Program-made: the position numbers and the translations under genes
The notes under the pieces: generated by a model
Told to the model about the DNA's origin: nothing
Seen by the model: the letters and a program-made list of their open reading frames with translations, nothing else
Database searches by the model: none
Part shown: one piece after another, positions 28,475 to 37,993 of the stretch
Layout: every line of letters starts with the position of its first letter
Numbering within the stretch: the first letter of the stretch is position 1
Source: Candidatus Omnitrophota bacterium
GTDB lineage: Bacteria > Omnitrophota > Gorgyraeia > Zapsychrales > Fredricksoniimonadaceae
Direction: 5' to 3'
Length of the DNA: 64,000 nt
NCBI GenBank assembly: GCA_028870995.1
Contig: JAGWOI010000001.1
Span: 100,782 to 164,781, forward strand

Positions 28475-29385
28475 GAATTGTTTCATTGATTGCCAGCGGT
28501 ACCGAGATCGTCTGCGCCTTGGGTTTTGAAGCGGCGCTGGTGGGGCGGTCCCATGAATGCGATCATCCCCCCGCCGTGCTGCGGCTGCCGGCCTGTTCCG
28601 AACCCAAATTCAATGTGGAAGGAAGCAGCCGGGAAATCGACGAGCGCGTCAAGACCATCGTGCGTGAGTCTTTGTCGGTGTACCGGATAGACGCCGAAAA
28701 GCTCAAAAACTTGAGGCCACAGGTCATCATCACCCAGGATCACTGCGAAGTGTGTGCCGTGAGCCTCAAGGATGTCGAGCAGGCTGTGTGCAGCTGGCTG
28801 GGGCCCGAAGTTAAGATCGCGGCCTTGCGGCCCAATGCCCTGGCGGATATTTGGCAGAACTTCAGGCAGGTGGCCGAGGTCCTGGGCTGCCCTTCGAAGG
28901 CTCAAGAGCTCATTGACCAGTGCCTGCCGCGTATGTCGGCCGTCCAGAAAAGAACAGGGAGCCTTCCCCGCCCCTCGGTGGCCTGTATTGAATGGATCGA
29001 GCCCCTGATGTGCGCCGGCAACTGGGTGCCGGAACTGGTGGCGATGGCCGGCGGCCGCGACCTGCTGGGCAAGCCGGGGGCCCATTCACCATGGATGCAA
29101 TGGGATCAATTAAGACAGGCTGATCCGGACATCATCATTGTCATGCCTTGCGGCTGGGACATCGGGCGTACCCGTCGGGAGATGCCCGTTTTAACGAAAC
29201 AGGAGGGATGGCACCAGCTCAAAGCCGTCTGCAGCAATAAGGTTTACCTGGCGGACGGCAATCAGTATTTCAACCGTCCCGGCCCGCGGCTGGTGGAATC
29301 GCTCGAGATCCTGGCGGAAATCATCCATCCCCAGGCTTTTTCATTCGGCCACTACAGGAAAGGCTGGCAAAGGCTGCTTGCCTGA
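28471..29385 (+). CDS. BtuF/TroA-like (cobalamin / Fe-siderophore type) substrate-binding protein
   Basis: 'RIVSLIASGTEIVCALG' N-terminus and two-lobe architecture. It is coupled to the upstream gene by a 4-nt overlap. Confidence 0.6.
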   Translation: MRIVSLIASGTEIVCALGFEAALVGRSHECDHPPAVLRLPACSEPKFNVEGSSREIDERVKTIVRESLSVYRIDAEKLKNLRPQVIITQDHCEVCAVSLKDVEQAVCSWLGPEVKIAALRPNALADIWQNFRQVAEVLGCPSKAQELIDQCLPRMSAVQKRTGSLPRPSVACIEWIEPLMCAGNWVPELVAMAGGRDLLGKPGAHSPWMQWDQLRQADPDIIIVMPCGWDIGRTRREMPVLTKQEGWHQLKAVCSNKVYLADGNQYFNRPGPRLVESLEILAEIIHPQAFSFGHYRKGWQRLLA

Positions 29386-29758
29386 TAAAAATAAGGAGGG
29401 CTTGATGAAGGATTATGTTTGGCATAAGCAGACCGTTTCCCCTGACCTGGAGATCATCGACTGCTCGGCTTATGATCCTCTGAAGGATTTCCGCCGCGAT
29501 CCCACCGGCGCCTATGTCCTCATTCGCTGCGAGGGCGCCCAGGGGGTCATCGAAGTCGCCGTCTGCGACAAGAACCATGTGATCACGCATGTTTTTCGGG
29601 GCCGCAAGGCCCAGGACCTCTACTTTTCCTTGTTTGAATATGAAAAGGAGCATGGGACGGCATGGTTCGACCGCAAGGACCATGCGGCCTATTTGGGAAA
29701 GGAGCTTAAGAAGGCCGAACTGGCCCTTGAGGGAAAAGGGGATTACGTCCAGGAATAA
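29378..29758 (+). CDS. Hypothetical cytoplasmic protein
   Basis: 126 aa, no family recognised. Its start overlaps the preceding gene. Confidence 0.3.
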   Translation: MPDKNKEGLMKDYVWHKQTVSPDLEIIDCSAYDPLKDFRRDPTGAYVLIRCEGAQGVIEVAVCDKNHVITHVFRGRKAQDLYFSLFEYEKEHGTAWFDRKDHAAYLGKELKKAELALEGKGDYVQE

Positions 29759-29850
29759 GCCGGGCAAAGATATTGCCAAACAATAGGGAATATGATATTC
29801 TTTAAAAAACGGAAAATCTCCACACTGTTTAAATATCTCCTGAGGTCATC

Positions 29851-30270
29851 ATGAAATCAAAATTCGAGACAGCCGAGGATTGGGTCAAGGTTTCGGTTGA
29901 TTTGAAGGTCTATCCGCTGCAGGCCGTCCATTCTTCCGGCTATGCTTTTATGGACCGGGCCCATGTCCGGCTTGAGCAGGAAAAGAAGGATACGGTGTCC
30001 GTATGGCTCAAACCCAAGGAAGTTAAAAAGGACCTGCAGGCCCTGGCGCTGGAATATTCGGACGAGCTACTTAACTACGCGCACTATTTCACCAGTCTGA
30101 AGGCCAATGCCGAGAATATGAAGCTTTTATTGCAAAGGGCCCTCTTTTCAGCCGCCCCGTCGATCGTTAAAGAGGCTGAAGAAAAAGAAATCGAGAACTT
30201 GATCAAGGAACTCGAAGCGGAAGAAAAGCAAAGTTCTTCTAAATCAAAGTCTCCCAAGGCTGAAAAATAA
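29851..30270 (+). CDS. Small acidic protein with Lys/Glu-rich tail; first gene of the rSAM locus (possible maturase accessory/chaperone; HxsD-like position)
   Basis: 139 aa. It lies immediately upstream of the HxsB-like radical SAM gene with a 12-nt gap. Confidence 0.3.
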   Translation: MKSKFETAEDWVKVSVDLKVYPLQAVHSSGYAFMDRAHVRLEQEKKDTVSVWLKPKEVKKDLQALALEYSDELLNYAHYFTSLKANAENMKLLLQRALFSAAPSIVKEAEEKEIENLIKELEAEEKQSSSKSKSPKAEK

Positions 30271-30282
30271 TCATTTGCCGCC

Positions 30283-31668
30283 ATGGCCTCGACCTCGTCC
30301 ATCCTTCCTTTTAATTCAGAAAAAATTGATAATAGGTATTTGGTGACCAATATAATGGGTTGCTGGGATGCCTTGGATGAAGCGGAATTCCGCCAGCTTA
30401 ACAGCCTGCGCGTTCCCGAAGGCAGCGGTCTGTATAACCGCCTTTTGGAAAAAGGGTTGATTTTGGACGGAAACAACATCAACCGCATCATCAGCGAGTA
30501 CAGGCGTCTTAATACCAATTTATTCAACGATACCAGCCTGCATATTGCCGTTGTCACCAAACGCTGCAATCTGCGCTGTAATTATTGCCATGCCGAAGGC
30601 GGGGCGGCCAATGACGATATGTCCATAGAGACGGCCACCCGCGTCCTGCAGTACCTTTTTGATGTGCGCAATAACAATGTGACCCTTGAATTCCAGGGTG
30701 GGGAGCCGCTTTTAAACTGGCCGGTGGTCAAGTTCCTCACCGAACACGCCCGCAAGTTCAATACCCTGGGCAAGAATTTGAGCATAGTACTCGTGACCAA
30801 TATGCTGCTTTTAGATGATGAAAAAATACGCTTTTTGGCCGAACATGACGTCGATGTGTGCACCTCCATGGACGGTCCGGCGGAGATCCATGACCAAAGC
30901 CGCAAGGATGTCGGGGGGCGCGGGTCGCATGCCCAATTGATGGAAAAAATCGAACATTACACCAGCCGGACCGGCCGGAAGGTCCATATGCTGCCCACCA
31001 TCACCAGGCATTCGCTGGCACATCCGGAGAGGATCATCGACGAATACCTGCGCCTGGGGCAGGGGGAGATCGCCTTAAGGCCGGTCAACAAGATCGGCTA
31101 TGCCCGGCACCATTGGGACGAGATCGGTTATACGGCCCGGGAATTCAACGGCTTTTATACCAGGGCGATGGCGTATATCATGAAACTCAACACCTCCGGC
31201 ACCTATATCAGCGAGCGCATCGCCCGGACCATCCTGATCAAGGTCCTGCTCAAAGAAGATCCTTATTATGTGAACATGATGAATCCCAGCGGCGACGGCC
31301 GGGCCGTGATGACCTATGGCGTCGACGGCGGATGCTACCCGACCGATGAGGCCAGGATGCTGGGCGATGAGATGTTCCGTTTAGGCAGCTTTGTAAATGA
31401 GAGCTATGACAACATGCTTAATAAGGAAAATCTGCTTTTTTTGTTGAGTGCCGGATGCTCGGACTTATGGAACTACCGTTCGGCCTTCAGCCCCTGGATG
31501 GGGGTCGACCCTGTGGTCAATTATGCCATGGAAAAGAATATTATTCCCAAAGGCGACTCACGGCTTCAGCAGGTGCTGACGCACCAATTCCGGACGGTTT
31601 TTTCGTACCTGTTGGGTGATAAAAAGTATGCCGAGGCCTTTCAACGCTGGATGCAGCCTGCGGCTTAA
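30283..31668 (+). CDS. Radical SAM peptide-maturase-like enzyme (HxsB-like architecture)
   Basis: 'VTKRCNLRCNYCHAEGG' CxxxCxxC. 461 aa with an N-terminal extension and a C-terminal auxiliary Cys region ('DGGCYPTDE...AGCSDLW'). Confidence 0.8.
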   Translation: MASTSSILPFNSEKIDNRYLVTNIMGCWDALDEAEFRQLNSLRVPEGSGLYNRLLEKGLILDGNNINRIISEYRRLNTNLFNDTSLHIAVVTKRCNLRCNYCHAEGGAANDDMSIETATRVLQYLFDVRNNNVTLEFQGGEPLLNWPVVKFLTEHARKFNTLGKNLSIVLVTNMLLLDDEKIRFLAEHDVDVCTSMDGPAEIHDQSRKDVGGRGSHAQLMEKIEHYTSRTGRKVHMLPTITRHSLAHPERIIDEYLRLGQGEIALRPVNKIGYARHHWDEIGYTAREFNGFYTRAMAYIMKLNTSGTYISERIARTILIKVLLKEDPYYVNMMNPSGDGRAVMTYGVDGGCYPTDEARMLGDEMFRLGSFVNESYDNMLNKENLLFLLSAGCSDLWNYRSAFSPWMGVDPVVNYAMEKNIIPKGDSRLQQVLTHQFRTVFSYLLGDKKYAEAFQRWMQPAA

Positions 31669-31677
31669 GGAGTGCTG

Positions 31678-31944
31678 ATGAAAAAAACGACTAAAAAAAG
31701 CAAGATCATTCAAAAGACAACGCCCTTGGTCAAATCGCTGGGGGAACTGATAAAGGATGAGGATGGCTTTGTCAGCAAGGAGACCATTTTAAAGGTCGGG
31801 CTGTCGACGGTTGCGGCTTTGGGGGTGGTGGGTGCGATGACCGACATCTCGTCGGGGCAGAATACGGCCACGCATACCAACACGCTGTCGACAACCAAGA
31901 ATTGCATTAACCACACCAACGTAACGACGCACACATCTTATTAA
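31678..31944 (+). CDS. Candidate RiPP precursor peptide (Lys-rich leader; Thr/Ser/Asn-rich core with H-T-N / H-T-N / H-T-S repeats and one Cys)
   Basis: SD AAGGAG lies 5 nt upstream of the ATG at 31678. The core is '...ATHTNTLSTTKNCINHTNVTTHTSY'. It sits immediately downstream of the radical SAM gene. Confidence 0.4.
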   Translation: MKKTTKKSKIIQKTTPLVKSLGELIKDEDGFVSKETILKVGLSTVAALGVVGAMTDISSGQNTATHTNTLSTTKNCINHTNVTTHTSY

Positions 31945-31969
31945 CGGGCATTCTCTTCCTTGCTCGCCA

Positions 31970-33175
31970 ATGGCCAGTAGCCTTTCTCCCAAGTTAGGTA
32001 TTTATTTCTCCCATTATGAATGTTTTGGTCATACGGCCCGCGTCATGGCCATGGCCGAGGTTTTCAAGAGAAGATATCTTCAGGGAAAGATTTTCTTTAT
32101 CCAGGCCGGTCTCGGCCAGCCCAGGTCCAGGATAGGACAATGGGGAAAGGTTTATCCGCTGCCCGGCGCCTTCATGAACCGCCGGAGTTTCAAGGCCGCT
32201 AACTTGCCGTTTGATGTAGACAAAAGAGCTCGACTTTGCGAAGCGATCGTAGCCAGGGAAAAACCAGGCCTCTTGATCTCGGAATACTTCCCTCTCGGCC
32301 ATGGAGAATGCCGCCACGAGCTGCTGACCGCTTTAGTGAAAGCATCCGCTCAAGGAGCCCTGTGGGCCGCGGCGGGGTATCCCTTATTGACGGGGAAGTC
32401 CCTATGGCGTAAGAAAGTCCTTGCGCTCTACCAGCATCTTTTTATTTTTTCTTCTGCCTTGGAAAGGGAATTTATTGCCGGCCTTTTGTCAGGACAAGAG
32501 AAGCGGGAGTATTTGGATTTCTTCGAGCAAAATGCCTCTAAAATCCTTTTTGCCGGATATTTGCTGCCCCGGCAGGAGGTGGTTGAGGATGATGAAGGTG
32601 TTAACCGTGTTGGGCCGCCCGTTGCCAAAGGGGCTTGCCGGGTGGCTGTTTTGAGGGGAGGGGGCGTCTGTTACCCGAAGCTCATTGCGCAAGCCATCCG
32701 GGCCAGCGATCTGCTGGGACAGGAGTACCATTTTACGGTGGTGGCAGGGCCCTCAACGACAGCGGCAGAATGGCGTTTATTCAAAACCATGCAGGGCAAA
32801 AAGAAGATCAAGAATTTGATTTTGCTGGGATCATTGGGAGGGTACGAAAAATTGATCAAAGAAAGCGATGTGTGCGTGTCGACCGCAGGCTATCATACAG
32901 GGGCGATGCTGCTTAAACACCGCAAGAAGGCCGTTCTGGTGCCTTTTGAAGGTTATGGTGCCAAGCGCCATTATGAACAGCCGGCCCGGGCGGCTTTGCT
33001 TAGAGAGATATTGGGAGCGGAGATCCTTTCAATAAAGACGATGACGGCCGCGAAGCTCAGACAGGCCATTCAGGATGCCGCAGGCCGTCCCGCTGTCAAA
33101 CGCCGCATTCCTGAAGCATGGTTCACGGGCGCGGATGTTTTGGACAAGGCCTTAAGAGTGTTTTGGGAACGTTAA
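31970..33175 (+). CDS. GT-B fold glycosyltransferase (GT1/GT28-like), paralog A
   Basis: N-terminal 'LGIYFSHYECFGHTARVMAMAEV' Gly/His-containing loop typical of MurG/UGT-type GT-B enzymes. Paralogous to 49943..51184. Confidence 0.55.
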   Translation: MASSLSPKLGIYFSHYECFGHTARVMAMAEVFKRRYLQGKIFFIQAGLGQPRSRIGQWGKVYPLPGAFMNRRSFKAANLPFDVDKRARLCEAIVAREKPGLLISEYFPLGHGECRHELLTALVKASAQGALWAAAGYPLLTGKSLWRKKVLALYQHLFIFSSALEREFIAGLLSGQEKREYLDFFEQNASKILFAGYLLPRQEVVEDDEGVNRVGPPVAKGACRVAVLRGGGVCYPKLIAQAIRASDLLGQEYHFTVVAGPSTTAAEWRLFKTMQGKKKIKNLILLGSLGGYEKLIKESDVCVSTAGYHTGAMLLKHRKKAVLVPFEGYGAKRHYEQPARAALLREILGAEILSIKTMTAAKLRQAIQDAAGRPAVKRRIPEAWFTGADVLDKALRVFWER

Positions 33176-33187
33176 CAGGGGCATTTT

Positions 33188-34204
33188 ATGATCATCGATG
33201 AGCGTGAGTACCGGCGGCGATATTTACTGCGGATCAAGGGGGCGCGCGACAACAAAGTTTATATCGGCCCTGAGACTGTCTCTTTGGATCTCATTAATTT
33301 ATGCAATCTCAGCTGCCGGTTCTGTTCGGCCCAGCATGCCCCCAATAACCCGTTTCGTTCTGAAAAAGCCCGTCTTTTTGAATGGGATGATTTCCTTGGT
33401 GTCGTGGGTGATTGCGTTGATTTGAAGGTCAACCAGCTCTATCTCGTAGGGCCGGGGGAGCCGACGCTGCACCCCAGGTTCCGGGACATGATGCAGCATC
33501 TGGAGAGGCAGCCGATAACCACAAAATTATTTACCAATGCGACCTTTTCGCCGGAATATTGCGCCGATGTGCTCAAAGGCGACCATGTGATCATCAACCT
33601 TAATGCCATTGACCGGCAGGGCTATGTTGATTTAAAAGGCAAGGATCTTTTTGACCGCGTGGTGGCCAATATCGAGCGTCTTGTTTCCTTGCGCAATACC
33701 GTCAAGCCGGAATTTGGGATTAAAATCGCCTATATACTTAATGCCGTCACGCTCCCGCAGAAAGAGAAAATGCTGGACCTGGCTTCCGGGTTGGGGGTCG
33801 ATATGGTTAATGTCATAGAAATGCACGGGAATGCCTATAATCAAGATATTGCCTTGCCGCAGGGATCGCCCGGGGCCAAGAAAACAAGGACCCCTCCGGC
33901 TTGCTTAAATGGATGGTTTTATATGGCCGTAAAATTGGATGACAGCGCCTCCATTTGCTGTCAAATCCATAAGATGCCTTTTGGAGATTTTGACAAGGGG
34001 CACTTTAAGCGCTTCTGGCTTTCGCAGCGCCTGATGAATTTGCGTCTGATGGGAAAATACGGTCAACTCCAGAAGATGTTCAAGGCCTGTAAGACCTGCC
34101 CTGATTATGAAGAGAATATAGAGCGCGCTCAAAGGGCGGGTTCAGGAAGGCCGGCTGCATTCAAGGGATCAGGGGGCCATAGTCCCAAGGTTGAAACTGT
34201 TTAA
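33188..34204 (+). CDS. Radical SAM / SPASM-domain protein (paralog family member 1)
   Basis: 'LINLCNLSCRFCSAQ' and 'GPGEPTLHP'. C-terminal 'CCQIHKMPFGD...CKTCPDY'. Confidence 0.8.
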   Translation: MIIDEREYRRRYLLRIKGARDNKVYIGPETVSLDLINLCNLSCRFCSAQHAPNNPFRSEKARLFEWDDFLGVVGDCVDLKVNQLYLVGPGEPTLHPRFRDMMQHLERQPITTKLFTNATFSPEYCADVLKGDHVIINLNAIDRQGYVDLKGKDLFDRVVANIERLVSLRNTVKPEFGIKIAYILNAVTLPQKEKMLDLASGLGVDMVNVIEMHGNAYNQDIALPQGSPGAKKTRTPPACLNGWFYMAVKLDDSASICCQIHKMPFGDFDKGHFKRFWLSQRLMNLRLMGKYGQLQKMFKACKTCPDYEENIERAQRAGSGRPAAFKGSGGHSPKVETV

Positions 34205-35161
34205 AAAGCCGTGATAGGAGTAACATCCGGGGCAGTCGCCTTTAAGACCACAGGCCACCTGTTTTTTGTGTTTTTCTGCAAATAAGATAGAAACGCCGTC
34301 TTGGAGAGTCCCTATTTCTTCCATGTTCAGGCAGCAAAAGACCTTCTGCTCTGAGGTTATAAACAGGCATTTGAGGGGGGTTTGGCATGATTTGATAGGG
34401 AAATTATCATGTGAAACCAGATCAATAAGCAGGGAAAAGGGAGCAAAATCAATGATCGGGGCGGTCTTTTTCTTTTCCTCAATAAAGATCTTTTCCAGCT
34501 GCTGCTTGATGGATTCCCGTATGCTTGATTGGAGCAGGGGACTGAATTCCAGGGTGCTGGCGAGGCGATGGTAGTAATTCCCCACATTCTGCTCGGAAAT
34601 TTTAGGACTGAACATCAAATTATTTTCCAAGCAGAAAAGGTAGAAGGGATAGACCTCATCATAGTTGAATTTGCTGATGGTAAACTTAACACGAAGCTTT
34701 AAACTGTCGCCAAAAAGGATTTTAATTCCCTTGATCGTTTCAAATGTTTTTTTAAAGGCATTGGACCTTCCGCGTATTTCGGAATGTTTCTCATTTATTC
34801 CATCCAGGCTTATCCCCACATGGCATCCTTCAAGGAATTCACGGTTTTCTTTAAGGGTTTGCAGTATTTTTTTGGTGGCATACCCGTTGGTGTTGATATC
34901 GAAGCACCGGATAGATCCCTTTTTCCTTAAGAGATACATCAACTGGAGGATTTTTCCTATCTGCGGATGAAGGAAAGGTTCGCCTCCCGTAATGGAGATT
35001 GATCCTATTTTATATTGAGTTGCGACGGATTTGATGAACTGATGGATGCCGGTTAAGGGGATGACCCGGTGCTTTTCCTGCCATATATTGCAGACTTTAC
35101 ATCGCAGGTTGCATTGATTTGTAATTTCGATGGTGATTTCCTGGATGAAATTCTCATGCAT
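34169..35161 (-). CDS. Radical SAM / SPASM-domain protein (paralog family member 2)
   Basis: 'ITNQCNLRCKVCNIW' and 'TGGEPFLHP'. C-terminal 'FCCLNMEEIGTL...CGLKGDCPGCYSY'. Its 3' end overlaps the convergent gene by 36 bp. Confidence 0.8.
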   Translation of the reverse strand: MHENFIQEITIEITNQCNLRCKVCNIWQEKHRVIPLTGIHQFIKSVATQYKIGSISITGGEPFLHPQIGKILQLMYLLRKKGSIRCFDINTNGYATKKILQTLKENREFLEGCHVGISLDGINEKHSEIRGRSNAFKKTFETIKGIKILFGDSLKLRVKFTISKFNYDEVYPFYLFCLENNLMFSPKISEQNVGNYYHRLASTLEFSPLLQSSIRESIKQQLEKIFIEEKKKTAPIIDFAPFSLLIDLVSHDNFPIKSCQTPLKCLFITSEQKVFCCLNMEEIGTLQDGVSILFAEKHKKQVACGLKGDCPGCYSYHGFLNSFNLGTMAP

Positions 35162-35237
35162 GAGTAAAGTTTAATATATCTACACACCAAGTCAAGGGTA
35201 AAGCTCCAGTGAGAGGGGGGGAGAAGAAAAGAAACAA

Positions 35238-35267
35238 TTGACCTTCAAGTACGGATAAAAGTATAAT
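35238..35267 (+). promoter_or_regulatory. Near-consensus sigma70 promoter (TTGACC, 18-nt spacer, TATAAT) for the deacetylase / E1 / rSAM / Cys-rich / GT39 operon
   Basis: Hexamers read directly in the divergent intergenic region 35162-35298. Confidence 0.4.
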
Positions 35268-35298
35268 CCGGTGTCGCCTAAAGCAGGACATATTTGAT

Positions 35299-36012
35299 AT
35301 GATGAAAAAATGCCTTTTTATCCGTGACGACGACGTCTGGACGCTTAACCAAAGATTCCATTTTTTCTTTGAGAATGCGCGCCAACGCGGCATTCCGGTG
35401 GTTTATGCGGTCATTCCCGGGAGGCTGGAGTCCGGTCTCGCCCGTTTTTTATGCCGGGCCAAGGAAGAAACGCCGCATTTGCTGGACATTGTCCAACACG
35501 GGTGGGTCCATCGAAATCACTCCAAGGATACAAAATATGAATTTGGCCCATTGAGATCTTTAAAAGATCAGCGTCGCGATATTCAAGAGGGTCAAAAAAA
35601 GATGCGGCTGGCCTTTGGCAAGCGCCTGACCAATGCCTTTGTCCCGCCGTATCACGGTTATGACCTGCAAACGTTACGCGTGCTTGAAGAGGAGGGTTTT
35701 CAGGTCTTCTCCAACGGGGCATTTAACGGCCAATTAAAAGGACGGTTCATGGACCTTCCCGCGCAACTTTCTTTCAGCCGGTACGGCCAGGGCCGTACGG
35801 ATATCTATCAAGCTAAGGAAATGATAGGCGGATTGCTCAAAGGAATTGGACACTACCCGTTAGTGGGCGTCGTCACGCACCACATGGATTTTACAACGTC
35901 CGGTAAGCGAAAAGAACTGGCGCTTTTTTTAGATTATATCTCTGCCTTGAAAGAAAAAAAGGGCTGGAGAGTCAAGTTGTTTTCTGAGATCATAACTGAA
36001 CGTACACCATGA
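35299..36012 (+). CDS. Polysaccharide deacetylase-like (NodB/DUF2334-like) protein
   Basis: 'FIRDDDVWTL...VVYAVIPG...VQHGWVHRNHS' His/Asp metal-site pattern. Family assignment is tentative. Confidence 0.45.
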   Translation: MMKKCLFIRDDDVWTLNQRFHFFFENARQRGIPVVYAVIPGRLESGLARFLCRAKEETPHLLDIVQHGWVHRNHSKDTKYEFGPLRSLKDQRRDIQEGQKKMRLAFGKRLTNAFVPPYHGYDLQTLRVLEEEGFQVFSNGAFNGQLKGRFMDLPAQLSFSRYGQGRTDIYQAKEMIGGLLKGIGHYPLVGVVTHHMDFTTSGKRKELALFLDYISALKEKKGWRVKLFSEIITERTP

Positions 36013-36968
36013 GCCCCTCAGCCCTCCTTCAACTTTATTATACGCTCGTCAAGATACGGCGGTTTGAAGAAAAAATAGTCGAATTATACCCTTTCCAGAG
36101 AATACGCTGTCCCGTCCATCTTTGCATCGGCCAGGAGGCCATTGCCGCCGGTGTCTGTGCGCATTTGAAAAGGACCGATTTCATGGTCAGCACCCACCGT
36201 AATCACGGCCATTTGATCGCCAAGGGTGCGGGTTTAAAATCCTTATTTGCGGAGATCTTCGGTAAAATAGACGGCTGTTCCCGCGGGAAGGGCGGTTCTA
36301 TGCACATGATAGATCCGGAAAACTCGTCATTAGGGACCTCCTCCATAGTGGCTGCAGGCATCCCGATGGCGTTGGGGACTGCGCTTGCTTCAAAATTAAG
36401 GAAACAGAATAAAGTGAGCGTTGTTTTTTTCGGCGACGGCGCGGTGGATCAGGGCGCTTTCTTTGAATGCCTTAATTTTGCCTCGCTTCATAAACTGGCG
36501 GTAGTTTTTGTCTGTGAGAACAATGCGTACTCGATCAATTCACCGCAAAAGATCAGGCAGGTCAACAAAGAGATACATAAAATTACGGATTTTTTCCGGA
36601 TGCCGGGTCTTTGCATTAACGGAAATGACGTGATCGAAGTATGGAAGCAGTCCGGGAAGCTTGTCGACAGGGCCCGACGGGGCCATGGCCCGTCTCTGAT
36701 GGAAGCCATGACTTTCCGGCATTATGCGCATGTCGGCATAGAGGATGATACGGACAAGGGTTTCAGGGACAAAGGTGAATTAAAACACTGGGCAAAAAAA
36801 TGCCCTTTAAAATTATTTAAGAAGTATCTCATCCATGAGGTAGGGTTGCCTCCTGAATCGATGGCCAGGATAGAGAATAAGATCGAGGGGGAGATCCGGG
36901 AAGCCGTTAATTTTGCCGTAAGCTCACCCTTTCCCGGTAAAGAAGAGCTGGGCAAGGATGTGTATTGA
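36009..36968 (+). CDS. TPP-dependent dehydrogenase E1 component alpha subunit (pyruvate/acetoin dehydrogenase-like)
   Basis: 'GDGAVDQGAFFECLNFASLHKLAVVFVCENNAYSI' TPP-binding motif. Confidence 0.8.
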   Translation: MSPSALLQLYYTLVKIRRFEEKIVELYPFQRIRCPVHLCIGQEAIAAGVCAHLKRTDFMVSTHRNHGHLIAKGAGLKSLFAEIFGKIDGCSRGKGGSMHMIDPENSSLGTSSIVAAGIPMALGTALASKLRKQNKVSVVFFGDGAVDQGAFFECLNFASLHKLAVVFVCENNAYSINSPQKIRQVNKEIHKITDFFRMPGLCINGNDVIEVWKQSGKLVDRARRGHGPSLMEAMTFRHYAHVGIEDDTDKGFRDKGELKHWAKKCPLKLFKKYLIHEVGLPPESMARIENKIEGEIREAVNFAVSSPFPGKEELGKDVY

Positions 36969-37984
36969 TGCCTGACGTCAAAGCAGAGAACCGGAGGCAA
37001 ATCACCTTTCGTGAGGCGATCCTTGAAGCCCAAAGGATGGCCCTTCAAGAGGATCCCAGGGTCTTTTTATTGGGCGCAGGGGTCGGCGGCCCTTCCGGCG
37101 TATTTAAGACAACAGAAGGGTTAAAGGAAAAGTTTGGTCCCCGGCGGATCATGGACGTGCCCGTATGCGAAAATACCATAACAGGCATAGCGCTCGGAGC
37201 AGCCCTGGCGGGTTTGAAGCCGGTCTTGATCAATATGTTCACGGATTTTTTGTTTACGTCCATGGACCAGATCATCAATCATATTGCCAAGTATAAATAT
37301 ATGTTCGGCGGCAGGGCCTCTGTGCCGGTGGTCATAAGGGCCATTATCGGCGGCAGGGGCGGTGTGGCGGCCCAGCACGGCCAGCCTGTACAGGCGCTTT
37401 TTGCCCATATTCCAGGGATAAAGGTCGTTATGCCCTCATCGGCCTATGAAGCCAAAGGGCTTTTTTTAGGCAGCATTGCTGACGGGGCCCCGGTCATCTT
37501 TATTGAACATTCCTGGTTATATGATAAACTTGAAGCAGTTCCTAAGGAGGCTTATACAATTCCTTTGGGGAAATCAGCCGTCAAACGAAAGGGAAGCGAT
37601 ATCACCATTGTCGCCGATTCAGTCATGGTCGCTATGGCCATGGCCGCTGCTGACCAACTGTCCCAAGAGGGCATTGAGGCGGAGATCATAGATCTAAGGA
37701 CCGTGAAGCCCCTGGATCATGAAACCATACTGGCATCGGTGAAAAGAACACGAAGGGCGTGCATCCTTGATTTTGGATACATGTGTTGCGGCATATCCTC
37801 TGAAATAGCCGCGTTTTTGTCGCAGGAGTGTTTTGGTATCTTAAAGGGGCCGGTCATAAGGGTGGGATTGCCTGATATCCCTCTTCCCGCAGCTCCCAGT
37901 CTGGAAGCCATTTATTATCCTTCGGCCGAAGAAATTATTCTAAGGATCAAACACTTGTTCAACCAATACCCGGATAAGGCATAG
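36965..37984 (+). CDS. TPP-dependent dehydrogenase E1 component beta subunit (transketolase-like)
   Basis: 'ITFREAILEAQRMALQEDPRVFLLGAGVGGPSGVFKTTEGL' N-terminus is typical of E1 beta. Coupled to the alpha subunit by a 4-nt overlap. Confidence 0.8.
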   Translation: MMPDVKAENRRQITFREAILEAQRMALQEDPRVFLLGAGVGGPSGVFKTTEGLKEKFGPRRIMDVPVCENTITGIALGAALAGLKPVLINMFTDFLFTSMDQIINHIAKYKYMFGGRASVPVVIRAIIGGRGGVAAQHGQPVQALFAHIPGIKVVMPSSAYEAKGLFLGSIADGAPVIFIEHSWLYDKLEAVPKEAYTIPLGKSAVKRKGSDITIVADSVMVAMAMAAADQLSQEGIEAEIIDLRTVKPLDHETILASVKRTRRACILDFGYMCCGISSEIAAFLSQECFGILKGPVIRVGLPDIPLPAAPSLEAIYYPSAEEIILRIKHLFNQYPDKA

Positions 37985-37993
37985 GCCCAACCC

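Noticed and set aside
34169-34204. 36-bp overlap between convergent radical SAM genes
   Set aside because: This probably reflects an over-extended 3' end call or a genuine small convergent overlap. It is not treated as a feature.
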